Part shown: positions 1-10,098 of the stretch, in pieces
Layout of the letters: every line of letters starts with the position of its first letter
Position numbering within the stretch: the stretch's first letter is position 1
Assembly: GCA_964615205.1 (NCBI GenBank)
Contig: CAZTQA010000001.1
Location: 128,510-192,509 of the forward strand
DNA from: an uncultured Candidatus Saccharibacteria bacterium
GTDB lineage: Bacteria; Patescibacteriota; Minisyncoccia; Minisyncoccales; JAGMDC01
DNA length: 64,000 nt
Direction: 5' to 3'
Made by a program: the position numbers and the translations under genes
The notes under the pieces: generated by a model
What the model was told of the DNA's origin: nothing
What the model saw: the letters and a program-made list of their open reading frames with translations, nothing else
The model's database searches: none

Positions 1-756
1 AAGCCTGAAAAAGGTTTAATTTCCACATTAAAAAAAAGAGGGGGTAGAAATATTCAGGGAAGAATTACTTCTCGCCATAAGGGAGGCGGAGTTAAGAAAA
101 TGTACAGGCATATAGATTTTAAAAGGGAAAAAATAGATGTTCCGGCTAAGGTTATAGCTTTGGAATATGATCCTAATCGTTCTGCTTTCATTGCTCTTTT
201 AGAATACCAGGATAAAGAAAAAAGATATATTTTAGCTCCCCAGAAAATGAAAGTAGATGATGAAGTTATAACCTCTGAAAAAACAGAGTTAAAGCCGGGA
301 AACAGAATGAGATTAAAGAATATTCCTATCGGAACTTTAGTGTATAATGTTGAGCTTGAACCCAATAAAGGCGGAATTGCAGTGCGAGGGGCAGGTGTAG
401 GAGCTAAAGTTTTAGCCCATGAAGGGAAATATACCCATTTGGTGATGCCTTCTTCAGAAACAAGGAAAGTTCCCCAGGAATGTTTTGCTTCTGTTGGCTT
501 GGTCTCTAATCCCGAACATAGATATGTTAGAATAGGAAAGGCAGGTCGTTCCCGTTTAAAGGGAAAAAGACCTCGTGTTAGGGGTACGGCCATGAATCCA
601 GTTGATCATCCTCATGGAGGAGGTGAAGGAAGAACAGGAATTGGAATGAAACACCCCAAGACCCCTTGGGGAAAACCAGCTTTGGGCGTTAAAACCAGAA
701 AAAAAAGATGGACAAAAAAATTGATTATTAAAAGACGTAAAAAGAAAAATAAATAA
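1..756 (+). CDS. rplB: 50S ribosomal protein uL2, 5'-truncated by window edge
   Basis: Frame 1 is open from nt 1 ([30 protein letters not shown]...). It contains [13 protein letters not shown], typical of uL2. The ATG at 100 is internal. Confidence 0.95.
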   Translation, partial: KPEKGLISTLKKRGGRNIQGRITSRHKGGGVKKMYRHIDFKREKIDVPAKVIALEYDPNRSAFIALLEYQDKEKRYILAPQKMKVDDEVITSEKTELKPGNRMRLKNIPIGTLVYNVELEPNKGGIAVRGAGVGAKVLAHEGKYTHLVMPSSETRKVPQECFASVGLVSNPEHRYVRIGKAGRSRLKGKRPRVRGTAMNPVDHPHGGGEGRTGIGMKHPKTPWGKPALGVKTRKKRWTKKLIIKRRKKKNK

Positions 757-761
757 AAAAT

Positions 762-1070
762 ATGCCAAGGAGTTTAAAAAAAGGTCCATATATAGACCCA
801 AAATTATTAAAGAAAATGAGCCGGCTTAAGAAAGGAGATAAAACCATTATTAAGACCTGGGCCAGAAGTTCTACGATTTCTCCAGAAATGGTTAGTTTTA
901 CTTTTGGAGTTCATAATGGAAAGGAACACATTCCAGTTTTAATCACTGAAGATATGGTGGGTCATAAATTAGGTGAATTTGCTCCCACCAAGAAATTTGT
1001 CAGACATGGAGGAAAAATGCAGAAAGAACAGGAAATGAAAGCTAAACAGGCAGAAAAGGAAAAAGCTTAA
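762..1070 (+). CDS. rpsS: 30S ribosomal protein uS19
   Basis: [11 protein letters not shown]... and [13 protein letters not shown] signatures; position after rplB; short K/E-rich C-terminal tail. Confidence 0.95.
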   Translation: MPRSLKKGPYIDPKLLKKMSRLKKGDKTIIKTWARSSTISPEMVSFTFGVHNGKEHIPVLITEDMVGHKLGEFAPTKKFVRHGGKMQKEQEMKAKQAEKEKA

Positions 1071-1086
1071 AATTAAGTTTTAAATT

Positions 1087-1623
1087 ATGTTAACTACAGC
1101 CAAGTTGAGATATCTAAAAATAGCACCCAGAAAAGTAAGATTAGTTGCTGATTCAATTAGAGGAAAAAATATTGAGGAAGCTCAAGCCATTTTAAGTTTT
1201 AGTTCTAAAAGAGCTTGTCAGTCATTGTTAAAACTTTTAAAATCAGCTTTGGCTAATGCTAAAAGTAATTTTGACAATATTAATGAAAAAAACCTATATA
1301 TTTCCAGAATTTTCGTGGATGAAGGGCCAAAGATGAAAAGATGGAGAGCCCAATCCAGAGGTAGGGCGGCTCAAATTCAGAATAAAAGCTCCCATGTTTC
1401 TTTGGAATTAAGTTTAATTGAAGGAAAGGCAAAAAAGATTAAAAAATCAGTTAAAGAAAAACAAAAGTTAGTGGAAGAAAAACCAGTGGAAGAAAAGAAA
1501 GAAGAAAAGGCCACTGAAGTTAAAGAAAAACCCAAAACAGAAGTAAAGAGAGATTGGATTCAGGAAAGAGCTAAGCCAAGATTAAGCCAAAAAATGAAAA
1601 TATTTAGAAGAAAATCATTCTAA
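1087..1623 (+). CDS. rplV: 50S ribosomal protein uL22 with long K/E-rich C-terminal extension
   Basis: The N-terminal ~110 aa look like uL22 (AKLRYLKIAPRKVRLVAD...). The protein is 178 aa in total; operon position fits. Confidence 0.9.
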   Translation: MLTTAKLRYLKIAPRKVRLVADSIRGKNIEEAQAILSFSSKRACQSLLKLLKSALANAKSNFDNINEKNLYISRIFVDEGPKMKRWRAQSRGRAAQIQNKSSHVSLELSLIEGKAKKIKKSVKEKQKLVEEKPVEEKKEEKATEVKEKPKTEVKRDWIQERAKPRLSQKMKIFRRKSF

Positions 1624-1625
1624 TT

Positions 1626-2282
1626 ATGTCACATAGAGTCCATCCAAAAGCATATAGATTGAGAGAAACAAGTAATTGGGATTCCAGATGGCAGAACAAA
1701 AAGAAAATTCCTCAATATTTAAAGGAAGATTTTCTGATACGATCTTTTCTTGAAAAGAAATTAAAAGATTCCGGAGTTGACAGGATAGAAATAGAAAGAT
1801 TTCCTGGAAGAGTTAATATTATTATAACTACTTCCAAGCCCGGCTTCATCATCGGCAGAGGAGGAAAGGGGGTTGAAGAAATCAAAAGAGAATTAGAAAA
1901 AAGAATTATAAAAGAGTTCAAGCCGTTACCCGAAGAGAGGAGAGAAATGAAAATTGATATTAAGGAAATAAGAAATCCTTGGATTTATTCTTCCATTGTA
2001 GGCCAATGGGTGGCTCAGCAAATTGAGAAAAGGATGCCTTATCGAAGAGTTTTAAAGCAGGCCTTAAGTAAAGCTAGCGCTAATAAAGAAGTTCAGGGAA
2101 TTAGAATACAGGTTTCTGGTCGTTTGAATGGAACTCAAATTGCTCGTAGAGAATGGCTGCAAAATGGCCATTTACCCAGACAAACCTTAAGGGCAGATAT
2201 TGATTATACTTTGACTATGGCAAACTGCACCTATGGAGTAATAGGCGTAAAGGTCTGGATATATAAAGGAGAAAAGTTTTAA
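1626..2282 (+). CDS. rpsC: 30S ribosomal protein uS3
   Basis: KH-domain region ([15 protein letters not shown]) and [12 protein letters not shown] motif; operon position. Confidence 0.95.
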   Translation: MSHRVHPKAYRLRETSNWDSRWQNKKKIPQYLKEDFLIRSFLEKKLKDSGVDRIEIERFPGRVNIIITTSKPGFIIGRGGKGVEEIKRELEKRIIKEFKPLPEERREMKIDIKEIRNPWIYSSIVGQWVAQQIEKRMPYRRVLKQALSKASANKEVQGIRIQVSGRLNGTQIARREWLQNGHLPRQTLRADIDYTLTMANCTYGVIGVKVWIYKGEKF

Positions 2283-2290
2283 TTCTTAAC

Positions 2291-2695
2291 ATGTTAATGC
2301 CCAAAAAAGTAAAACATAGAAAATGGTGCAAAGGACGTTCTAAGGGAATAGAAAACAGAGCTACCTATTTAGCTTTTGGGAGTTATGGATTGAAATCCCT
2401 GGAATCCTGCTGGATCACAGCTCGTCAAATTGAGGCTGGAAGAAGAGCAGTTATAAGGTATCTTAAAAAAGGAGGCAAGCTTTGGATAAGAATATTTCCA
2501 GATAAGCCGGTAACCAAAAAAGGGACAGAAGTCCCCATGGGTGGAGGCAAGGGCAGTGTTGAATATTATGCCTTTCCTATCAGGCCGGGCAGGATTATTT
2601 TTGAACTGGAAGGTGTGAGCGAAGAAATAGCTCGGGAGGCCTTTAGAAAAGCAGCTGACAAAATGCCTGTTAAAACAAAGTTTATAAAACGCTAA
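2291..2695 (+). CDS. rplP: 50S ribosomal protein uL16
   Basis: [11 protein letters not shown]... and PMGGGKGS motifs; operon position. Confidence 0.95.
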   Translation: MLMPKKVKHRKWCKGRSKGIENRATYLAFGSYGLKSLESCWITARQIEAGRRAVIRYLKKGGKLWIRIFPDKPVTKKGTEVPMGGGKGSVEYYAFPIRPGRIIFELEGVSEEIAREAFRKAADKMPVKTKFIKR

Positions 2696-2697
2696 TT

Positions 2698-2880
2698 ATG
2701 AAAACAAAGGAATTAGAACAAAAAAACAAACCAGAGCTTGAAAATATATTGAAGGAGATTCAGGAAAAGTTGAGGCAATTGCGTTTTAACCTAGCTTCTG
2801 GTAAGGTTAAAAATGTTAGAGAGATTAGAAAAACAAAAAAAGACATTGCTAGAATTTTAACCGTAATGAAACAAAAATAA
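2698..2880 (+). CDS. rpmC: 50S ribosomal protein uL29
   Basis: 60-aa helical protein (LRQLRFNLASGKVKN) between rplP and rpsQ. Confidence 0.9.
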   Translation: MKTKELEQKNKPELENILKEIQEKLRQLRFNLASGKVKNVREIRKTKKDIARILTVMKQK

Positions 2881-2881
2881 T

Positions 2882-3112
2882 ATGAGAAAAAAGCTTCAAG
2901 GAACAATTGTTTCTGCTAAAACACCCCAAACTTTAGTGGTAGAAATAGAAAGGATAAAGGTTCACCCTAAATATAAAAGACGATATAAGTCTCACAAGAG
3001 ATACAAGGCTCACTATGATGAGGGTGAATTTAATGTAGGGGCAAAAGTAATTATTGAGGAATGCAGGCCCATATCTAAAGATAAAAATTGGAAAGTCGTT
3101 AAAAAAATATGA
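2882..3112 (+). CDS. rpsQ: 30S ribosomal protein uS17
   Basis: 76-aa OB-fold-like sequence (GTIVSAKTPQTLVVEIER...HPKYKR); operon position. Confidence 0.9.
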   Translation: MRKKLQGTIVSAKTPQTLVVEIERIKVHPKYKRRYKSHKRYKAHYDEGEFNVGAKVIIEECRPISKDKNWKVVKKI

Positions 3113-3480
3113 TTCAACCACAAACAATGTTAAATATCGCTGACAATACTGGAGCTAAAGTTGTTCAGTGCTTTAAGGTATTAGGCGGAACCAAAAGAAG
3201 ATATGCTCAAATTGGAGATATAGTTGTGGTCTCAGTTAAAAAAGCGGAACCTCGGAAGATAGTCAAAAAACATGACAAAGTGCGAGTAGTAATTGTGAGG
3301 CAGAAAAAAGCTTATCGTCGCTCTGACGGTTCCTATGTTCGTTTTGATGACAATGCCGCCGTAGTTTTGGAAGGAAACACTAAAGAACCCAAAGGCAATC
3401 GTATTTTAGGGCCTGTGGCCAGAGAATTAAAGGAAAAAGGTTTTGACAAGGTAATGGGAATGGCCCAGGATATAGTTTAA
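3109..3480 (+). CDS. rplN: 50S ribosomal protein uL14
   Basis: MIQPQTMLNIADNTGAK... N-terminus typical of uL14; ATGA overlap with rpsQ. Confidence 0.95.
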   Translation: MIQPQTMLNIADNTGAKVVQCFKVLGGTKRRYAQIGDIVVVSVKKAEPRKIVKKHDKVRVVIVRQKKAYRRSDGSYVRFDDNAAVVLEGNTKEPKGNRILGPVARELKEKGFDKVMGMAQDIV

Positions 3481-3482
3481 TT

Positions 3483-3806
3483 ATGAAAATAAAGAAGAAT
3501 GATATAGTTTTAATAATTTCAGGCAAGGACCGGGCCAGAAAAGGCAAGGTTATTCAGGCATTGCCTAAAGAAGAAAAGATTATCGTGGAAGGAATCAATA
3601 TTAAAAAAAAGTCAGTTCGGCCCAAGAAGAGTGGTGAGAAGGGTCAGATTGTAGAAGTGCCGGGTCCTATTTCAGTTTCCAGCGTAAAGATTATTTGTCC
3701 TAAATGCAAAAAACCAGCTCGAGTAGGTTACAAGATAGTAGAATCTGAAAAAAATAAAAAAAAGACAAAAGTTAGAATATGTAAAAAGTGTCAAGCAGAA
3801 ATATGA
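3483..3806 (+). CDS. rplX: 50S ribosomal protein uL24 with C-terminal CxxC...CxxC
   Basis: KOW-like N-terminus (KKNDIVLIISGKDRARKGKV); C72/C75/C100/C103 form a zinc-ribbon pattern. Confidence 0.9.
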   Translation: MKIKKNDIVLIISGKDRARKGKVIQALPKEEKIIVEGINIKKKSVRPKKSGEKGQIVEVPGPISVSSVKIICPKCKKPARVGYKIVESEKNKKKTKVRICKKCQAEI

Positions 3807-4363
3807 TAGTTAAACTTAAAGACAAATACACAAAAGAAGCTGTTCCAGCTATGAAAAAGAAATTTGGCTATAAAAATATTATGGCTGTTCCTAAAATTGA
3901 TAAGGTTGCTATTAATACCAGTTTTGGAAGAATGATAACTGAAAAAACATCAGATGAGAAGAAAAAAATCAAGGAAGCTATCTTAAATGATTTGAGTTTA
4001 ATTACTGGCCAGCGACCAATTTTAACCAAAGCTAAAAAATCCATTTCCAGCTTCAAGCTTCGAGAAGGGATGGAGATAGGAGCCAAGGTAACTTTAAGAA
4101 AAAAGAAAATGTATGATTTTTTAGAAAGGTTGATACATATTACCCTTCCTCGTTCTAGAGATTTTCAGGGTATTAATCCTAAATCAATTGACAAAGAAGG
4201 AAACTTAACTATGTCTATCAAAGAACATATTTCTTTTCCTGAAATTTCTCCAGAAAAAACGAAATTCCTTTTTGGTTTTGAATTAACAGTTGTAACTACA
4301 GCTAAAAACAAAGAACAAGGATTAGAATTGTTTAAATTATTAGGTTTTCCAATGAAAAAATAA
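3803..4363 (+). CDS. rplE: 50S ribosomal protein uL5
   Basis: uL5-like sequence (LKDKY...[14 protein letters not shown]...). The ORF track starts at GTG 3788. I prefer ATG 3803, which overlaps the rplX stop as ATGA. Confidence 0.9.
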   Translation: MIVKLKDKYTKEAVPAMKKKFGYKNIMAVPKIDKVAINTSFGRMITEKTSDEKKKIKEAILNDLSLITGQRPILTKAKKSISSFKLREGMEIGAKVTLRKKKMYDFLERLIHITLPRSRDFQGINPKSIDKEGNLTMSIKEHISFPEISPEKTKFLFGFELTVVTTAKNKEQGLELFKLLGFPMKK

Positions 4364-4364
4364 T

Positions 4365-4550
4365 ATGGCTACAAAATCACAGATAGCAAAATCAAATAAA
4401 AAACCCAAGTATTCCTCCCGAATTACGAGAAGGTGTTTTCGCTGCGGAAGAAAAAGAGGGTATCTAAGAAAGTTTGGATTATGCAGGATATGTTTTCGGG
4501 AATTATCCAATAAAGGTCAGATTCCAGGAGTTAAAAAATCTTCCTGGTAA
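4365..4550 (+). CDS. rpsN: 30S ribosomal protein uS14, zinc-type (61 aa)
   Basis: CFRCGR...CRIC cysteine pairs; the length and position match type-Z S14. Confidence 0.95.
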   Translation: MATKSQIAKSNKKPKYSSRITRRCFRCGRKRGYLRKFGLCRICFRELSNKGQIPGVKKSSW

Positions 4551-4556
4551 AAACTT

Positions 4557-4943
4557 ATGGATTCAGTAGTTGATATGTTTAATATTATAAAGAATGGACA
4601 AGCCGTACTTAAAGCTACGGTGGATGTTCCTTTTTCCAAATTTAAATATGAGATAGCTAAAATCTTAGAGAGGGAGGGCTATATTGGCAAGATAGAGAAA
4701 AAAAGAAGAAAAAATAAAAACATATTGCAGATTAATTTGAAATACGATAAAAATGTTCCGGCCATTAATGCAATTAAAAAAGTTTCCAAGCCGGGTCAGA
4801 AAATATATCTTCCTTATAAAAAAATTAATAAAGTAAAAGGAGGATTTGGAATGGCTATTATTTCTACTTCCAAAGGGTTGCTTAGCGATAAAGAAACCAG
4901 GAAACAAAAGTTAGGAGGAGAAATAGTAGCTCAAGTTTGGTAA
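4557..4943 (+). CDS. rpsH: 30S ribosomal protein uS8
   Basis: DMFNIIKNGQ... N-terminus and C-terminal GGEIVAQVW; operon position. Confidence 0.95.
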   Translation: MDSVVDMFNIIKNGQAVLKATVDVPFSKFKYEIAKILEREGYIGKIEKKRRKNKNILQINLKYDKNVPAINAIKKVSKPGQKIYLPYKKINKVKGGFGMAIISTSKGLLSDKETRKQKLGGEIVAQVW

Positions 4944-4944
4944 T

Positions 4945-5511
4945 ATGAGTAGAATTGGTAAAAAAAATATTCCTATTCCAGAAGGAGTAGAAGTAAAAAT
5001 AGAGGACAACAATGTAAAAATTAAGGGTCCCAAAGGAGAGCTTGAAAGAGAGATTAGGCCCGAAATCAATGTCGAAATTAAAGATAAAGAGATTAAGGTG
5101 AGTGTTAAAGAGTTAAGCCCCAGAGAAATGAAGAAACGAGCCAAAGAAATAAAGGCTTTTTGGGGTTTGAGTAGAGCTTTAATCGCTAACATGGTCATAG
5201 GCGTTGTTAATGGTTACGAAAAAAAACTACAGATAGAAGGTTTGGGTTACAAAGCTTCTTTAGAGGGCAAGGATTTAGTTTTAAATATTGGTTTCAGCCA
5301 CCCGGTTAAAATTAAAGTTTCGGAAGATTTAGAAGTAAAAGTAGAGAAAAACATTATTAGTGTTTTTGGGATAGACAAAGAAAAAGTAGGGCTTCTGGCT
5401 GCCAAAATAAGGAAAGCTAAACCACCAGAACCATATAAGGGTAAAGGAATACGTTATGTGGGAGAGGTGGTGAGAAAGAAAGAGGGTAAAAAAGCCGTAG
5501 GCGCAGAATAA
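4945..5511 (+). CDS. rplF: 50S ribosomal protein uL6
   Basis: [17 protein letters not shown]... typical uL6 start; operon position. Confidence 0.95.
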   Translation: MSRIGKKNIPIPEGVEVKIEDNNVKIKGPKGELEREIRPEINVEIKDKEIKVSVKELSPREMKKRAKEIKAFWGLSRALIANMVIGVVNGYEKKLQIEGLGYKASLEGKDLVLNIGFSHPVKIKVSEDLEVKVEKNIISVFGIDKEKVGLLAAKIRKAKPPEPYKGKGIRYVGEVVRKKEGKKAVGAE

Positions 5512-5516
5512 AAAAA

Positions 5517-5870
5517 ATGGAAATTCAAAGAAAGGAAAAAAGAATAAAAAGACATAAAAGAGTAAGGGGCAGGATATCGGGAACAATCCAGATGCCTCGG
5601 CTTTGTGTTTTTCGATCCAATAAACATATTTACGCTCAATTAATAGATGATGAAAATTCAAAAACTATTTTATCTGCCAATGACATAGAATTGAAAGGAA
5701 AAGCAAAAGAAAAGCAATCTGTCTTAGCTTCAAAGGTGGGAGAATTAATAGCTGAAAAAGCAGAAAAGAAAAAAATTAAAAAAGTTCTTTTTGACAGAGG
5801 AGGATATAAATATCACGGAACAATTAAAGCTCTGGCTGAAGGAGCCAGAAAAAAAGGATTAGAATTTTAA
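5517..5870 (+). CDS. rplR: 50S ribosomal protein uL18
   Basis: [19 protein letters not shown] and [10 protein letters not shown] motifs. Confidence 0.95.
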   Translation: MEIQRKEKRIKRHKRVRGRISGTIQMPRLCVFRSNKHIYAQLIDDENSKTILSANDIELKGKAKEKQSVLASKVGELIAEKAEKKKIKKVLFDRGGYKYHGTIKALAEGARKKGLEF

Positions 5871-5873
5871 ATT

Positions 5874-6341
5874 ATGTATAAAAAAAGTTTCAGACAAGAG
5901 AAAAAAGACGATTTCGAATCAAAACTACTGGATTTAGCTAGAGTGGACAGAATGACAGCCGGAGGCAGACGGCTCCGTTTTCGGGCTGTCATAATAATAG
6001 GCGACAAAAAAGGAAATGTGGGTTTGGGTGTTGCCAAGGGAAGAGATGTGGCTCAAGCAGTAGAAAAGGCTACCCGTTTGGCAAAGAAAAAATTAATTAA
6101 GGTTCCTATTAAAGAAGGAACAATTCCTTACGAAGTTTTTTCGAAATTTGGAGCGGCAAAAATACTTTTAAGACCTCAAAGAAAGACCAGAGGTTTGGTG
6201 GCAGGAGGAACTGTAAGAGTAATTTGTGAATTAGCTGGAATAAAGAATATTTCTTCCAAAATGCTGGGTAGAACTTCCAGTAAACTCAATAATGCTAAAG
6301 CCACTATCAATGCTTTAGAAAAACTAAGAATGGAAAAATAA
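5874..6341 (+). CDS. rpsE: 30S ribosomal protein uS5
   Basis: RVDRMTAGGRRLRFRAVIIIGD... typical uS5; operon position. Confidence 0.95.
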   Translation: MYKKSFRQEKKDDFESKLLDLARVDRMTAGGRRLRFRAVIIIGDKKGNVGLGVAKGRDVAQAVEKATRLAKKKLIKVPIKEGTIPYEVFSKFGAAKILLRPQRKTRGLVAGGTVRVICELAGIKNISSKMLGRTSSKLNNAKATINALEKLRMEK

Positions 6342-6342
6342 T

Positions 6343-6777
6343 ATGCAGATTCATCAAATTAAACCCAAACATTTAAATAAAGATAGAAAACGTGTTGGCC
6401 GGGGCGGTAAACGCGGGACTTTTTCTGGTAGAGGAGTAAAGGGCCAGAAATCACGTTCAGGCAAGAAAATGCAGCCGGTTATCCGGGAAATAATCAAAAG
6501 ATATCCTAAGCTTAAAGGTTATAGATTTAGTCCGATTTTAAAAACTGGCAAAGCAAGAAAAGTGGTTTTGAATTTGGATGTTCTGGAAAAGAATTTTAAA
6601 GCCGGAGAAAAAGTTACTCCCCGGGTATTGATTGAAAAGAAATTAATTTCTAAAATAAAAGGGAAGATGCCTTTGGTGAAAATCTTGGGAAAAGGGGAAT
6701 TAACCAAGGCCTTAACTATTGAAAAATGTGAATTATCAGAAAAAGCTAAAACTAAAATTGAAAAAATAAAAAAGTAA
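6343..6777 (+). CDS. rplO: 50S ribosomal protein uL15
   Basis: KRVGRGGKRGTFSGRG motif. It starts 1 nt after the rpsE stop, so there is no room for rpmD. Confidence 0.95.
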   Translation: MQIHQIKPKHLNKDRKRVGRGGKRGTFSGRGVKGQKSRSGKKMQPVIREIIKRYPKLKGYRFSPILKTGKARKVVLNLDVLEKNFKAGEKVTPRVLIEKKLISKIKGKMPLVKILGKGELTKALTIEKCELSEKAKTKIEKIKK

Positions 6778-6778
6778 G

Positions 6779-8086
6779 ATGAATTGGTTTACTAAATTAA
6801 TACAAGTTTTTAAAATAAAAGACCTTAGAAAAAAGATTCTATTTGTCTTTTTTATTTTTGCCGTTTTCAGATTAATGGCTAATATTCCGGTTCCTGGGGT
6901 TAATCTTGAAAATCTAAGAATGTTTTTTGAAAGCAATCAAAGTTTAAGTTTGCTAAATCTTTTTACAGGTGGAGCCTTAGAACGATCTTCTATTGTTATG
7001 CTGGGATTAGGCCCATATATTACGTCTGTTATTATTCTTCAATTATTAACAATGATATTTCCCCAATTAGAAAAGATGTATAAAGAAGAAGGAGAAGCTG
7101 GAAGGCAAAAATTTAACCAGTACGGAAGAATCTTGACTGTTCCATTAGCTGCTTTGCAGGGGTTTGCCATGCTGAATTTATTAAGCCGGCAAAATCCTCC
7201 AGTAGTAGAATTTGCTTCACCTCTTTTGTTTTTGTCAGCCATTATTACCATTACAGCTGGAGCTGTTTTTCTGATGTGGTTAGGGGAATTAATTACCGAA
7301 AAAGGTGTTGGCAACGGAGTTTCTTTACTTATTTTTGCCGGTATTATAGCCGGTTTTCCCAGCTCTATTTACCAAAGTTATTTTCAAGTGGAAAGCAATC
7401 CCGCTATGGTTTTCAATTTTCTGGTTTTCTTTGTTCTGGCTCTCTTGATTATTTTTAGTGTTGTCTTAGTGAATGAAGCCAGAAGAAATATTCCGGTTTC
7501 TTATGCTAAGAGGGTAAGAGGCACTAAAATGTATGGCGGGGTTTCTACTTATTTACCCTTAAACCTTAATCCAGCCGGTGTTATTCCTATTATTTTTGCT
7601 TTAGCCATAATGCTTTTCCCAGGAATGATTGCCACTTTCTTAGGAGGCGCAGGGGGATGGATAGGCGCTATTGCTCAAAAAGTTGGTAGCATTTTTAATT
7701 CTCAAGAAAATCTTTTAGCTTACAGCGTTTTCTATTTTCTTTTAGTGGTTTTATTTACTTTTTTCTATACAGCAGTTACTTTTGATCCCAAAGCCATTGC
7801 CACTAATTTGCAGAAAATGGGCGGTTTTGTTCCCGGTATCAGGCCCGGTTCTTCTACCGCTAATTTTTTGAAGTATATTTTAAACAGGGTTCTACTTTTT
7901 GGAGCTCTCTTTCTGGGCTTGATTGCAGTTATGCCTTTTGTTGTGAGTTATTTCACTAAAGTTCAGCAAGGGACTTTTTCTTTCTTGATTGGAGGAACTT
8001 CGTTATTGATTGTTGTTAGTGTAGTTTTGGAAACAATGAAGCAAATTAACTCCCAGCTCCAAATGCGGGAATACGACACATTTTAA
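6779..8086 (+). CDS. secY: preprotein translocase subunit SecY
   Basis: 435-aa polytopic protein with SecY-like segments (GLGPYITSVIILQLL, GELITEKGVGNGVSLLIF); follows rplO. Confidence 0.95.
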   Translation: MNWFTKLIQVFKIKDLRKKILFVFFIFAVFRLMANIPVPGVNLENLRMFFESNQSLSLLNLFTGGALERSSIVMLGLGPYITSVIILQLLTMIFPQLEKMYKEEGEAGRQKFNQYGRILTVPLAALQGFAMLNLLSRQNPPVVEFASPLLFLSAIITITAGAVFLMWLGELITEKGVGNGVSLLIFAGIIAGFPSSIYQSYFQVESNPAMVFNFLVFFVLALLIIFSVVLVNEARRNIPVSYAKRVRGTKMYGGVSTYLPLNLNPAGVIPIIFALAIMLFPGMIATFLGGAGGWIGAIAQKVGSIFNSQENLLAYSVFYFLLVVLFTFFYTAVTFDPKAIATNLQKMGGFVPGIRPGSSTANFLKYILNRVLLFGALFLGLIAVMPFVVSYFTKVQQGTFSFLIGGTSLLIVVSVVLETMKQINSQLQMREYDTF

Positions 8087-8094
8087 TAAAAATT

Positions 8095-8757
8095 ATGTCT
8101 AAACCATTATTAATAATTATTTTTGGACCGCCTGGTTCCGGCAAAGGTACCCAGGCTAAATTAATTGCTAAAGAGCTTGGATTAGAATATTTTGGAAGTG
8201 GGGTGGCTCTTCGTGAGCGTCAAAAAGTGGGCGACTTTACAGGAAAAAAACTTTCAGAAGTTATGAATCGCGGGAATTGGGTTTCTGAATCTACGGTTAT
8301 TAAATTATGGATGGATAATTTGGAGGAATGCAAAAAGAAAAGAAATTTTAAGGGTTGGGTTTATGACGGTGGTCCCCGAAAGACATTAGAGGCGCAACTT
8401 TTGGATGTAGCCTTAGAATGGTATGAATGGGATAAAAGAGTAAAAGTTCTCTATATTTATATTTCAAGTAAAGAATCTTTTAATCGTCTAACTAAAAGAA
8501 GACAATGTAAAAAATGCGGGGAACTTATTCCTTGGGTTGGAGAATTTAAGAAACTTAAGAAATGTCATAAGTGCGGGGGTGAATTAGTTTACAGACCTGA
8601 TGATAAACCAGAAGCTATAAGAAAACGTTTAGGAGAATTCAAAAAACATACCTTGCCAGTGATAAATCATTTTAAAAAACAAGATAGAATTATAAAAATA
8701 GATGGAGAGCAAGACATTGAAGGTGTTTTCAAGGATATTTTGAAAGTTATAAAATAG
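8095..8757 (+). CDS. adk: adenylate kinase (zinc-lid type)
   Basis: P-loop GPPGSGKGTQ; lid with CKKCG...CHKCG; position after secY. Confidence 0.9.
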   Translation: MSKPLLIIIFGPPGSGKGTQAKLIAKELGLEYFGSGVALRERQKVGDFTGKKLSEVMNRGNWVSESTVIKLWMDNLEECKKKRNFKGWVYDGGPRKTLEAQLLDVALEWYEWDKRVKVLYIYISSKESFNRLTKRRQCKKCGELIPWVGEFKKLKKCHKCGGELVYRPDDKPEAIRKRLGEFKKHTLPVINHFKKQDRIIKIDGEQDIEGVFKDILKVIK

Positions 8758-8763
8758 TGATTT

Positions 8764-9330
8764 ATGAATAATAAAATTATTTGCGTTGTGGGAATGACTG
8801 GTTCTGGCAAAAGTGAAGCGGCAGATGAATTATCCAAACAAGGTTTTATATATTTAAGATTCGGGCAGATTACGCTTAATAAAATTAACGAGAGGGGACT
8901 AAAACCAACTGCAGAAAATGAAAGAAAAATTAGAGAAGAGATTAGGGAAAAATATGGTATGGCTGCTTTTGCTACTTTAAATATTTTTAAAATAGATAAA
9001 TTACTCAAGAAATTTAACGTAGTGGTTGATGGACTCTATAGCTGGTCAGAATATAAAGTTTTAAAAGATAAATATGGTGAAAAATTGATAACCTTAGCGA
9101 TTTATACTCCACCAGAAATAAGATATACTAGATTGGAGAAGAGGATCGTTGAAGACGATAAAGCTCAACGTTTTAGAATTTTTACAAGAAAAGAAGCAAA
9201 AGCGCGAGACTATGCTGAAATTGAAAACATTGAGAAAGGTGGACCAATTGCTATGGCTGACTTTACGATTATCAATACCGGAACAAAAAAGGAACTAAAA
9301 GAAAAAGTCAGAGATATTTTAAAAAACTAA
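8764..9330 (+). CDS. small P-loop nucleotide kinase (dephospho-CoA-kinase/UPF0200-like), function uncertain
   Basis: Walker A GMTGSGKS at the N-terminus; 188 aa; the overall layout resembles small NMP/dephospho-CoA kinases by eye. Confidence 0.5.
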   Translation: MNNKIICVVGMTGSGKSEAADELSKQGFIYLRFGQITLNKINERGLKPTAENERKIREEIREKYGMAAFATLNIFKIDKLLKKFNVVVDGLYSWSEYKVLKDKYGEKLITLAIYTPPEIRYTRLEKRIVEDDKAQRFRIFTRKEAKARDYAEIENIEKGGPIAMADFTIINTGTKKELKEKVRDILKN

Positions 9331-9334
9331 AGTT

Positions 9335-10078
9335 ATGATTTCTATTAAAACGGAGCAAGAAATTAAAATAATGGCTGAAGGAGGAAAAATTTTAGCCCAA
9401 GTAATGAAAGAATTGATGTTGATGGTTAAATCGGGCATAACTACCAAGGAATTAGATAAGGTCGCAGAAGACCTTATTTTTAAATTTGGAACAGAGCCAG
9501 CCTTTAAAGGCTATGATGGTTTTCCCAATACTTTATGTGTTTCTCTTAATGAGACTATTGTTCACGGAGTTCCTTCAGATCGGGAATTAAGGGAAGGGGA
9601 TATTATTTCTCTGGATTTGGGTTTGAAACATAAAGGATATTTTGCAGATATGGCTGTAACTCTTCCCGTGAGCAATGTTTCTCCGGAAGCCCAAAGAATA
9701 ATCAGAATTACCAAAAAAGCTCTTAAAAGAGGAATTAAAAAAGTTAAGCCGGGAAATACTTTTGGCGACATTAGCAATACCATTCAAAGATTCGCCGAAT
9801 CGCAGAAATACCAGATTATTCGGGATTTATGCGGTCATGGTATTGGTAAAGAATTGCATGAAGAGCCGCAGATTTTAAATTATGGAAAGAGAGGTAAGGG
9901 GCAGAAACTAAAGCCAGGAATGGTTTTTTGTTTAGAGCCTATGCTGGCAATCGGAGACTGGAGAATTATTAAATCAGAGGATGGTTATGGCTTTGAAACC
10001 AGAGACGGCTCTTTATCTGCCCATTTTGAACACACTGTGGCTGTCACCGACCGCGGTTGCCAGGTGTTAACAGAATAA
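9335..10078 (+). CDS. map: methionine aminopeptidase type I
   Basis: Pita-bread fold motifs (GDIISLDLG, CGHGIG, FCLEPM, HFEHTV); position after adk. Confidence 0.9.
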   Translation: MISIKTEQEIKIMAEGGKILAQVMKELMLMVKSGITTKELDKVAEDLIFKFGTEPAFKGYDGFPNTLCVSLNETIVHGVPSDRELREGDIISLDLGLKHKGYFADMAVTLPVSNVSPEAQRIIRITKKALKRGIKKVKPGNTFGDISNTIQRFAESQKYQIIRDLCGHGIGKELHEEPQILNYGKRGKGQKLKPGMVFCLEPMLAIGDWRIIKSEDGYGFETRDGSLSAHFEHTVAVTDRGCQVLTE

Positions 10079-10098
10079 AATTGTGGTATAATATTTTA

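Noticed and set aside
10057-10098. Track start of the GT2 gene, overlapping the map 3' end.
   Set aside because: ATG 10099 gives the typical GT2 N-terminus (…LSVIIPAYKEE) and lies 6 nt after an extended -10. The extension has no support.
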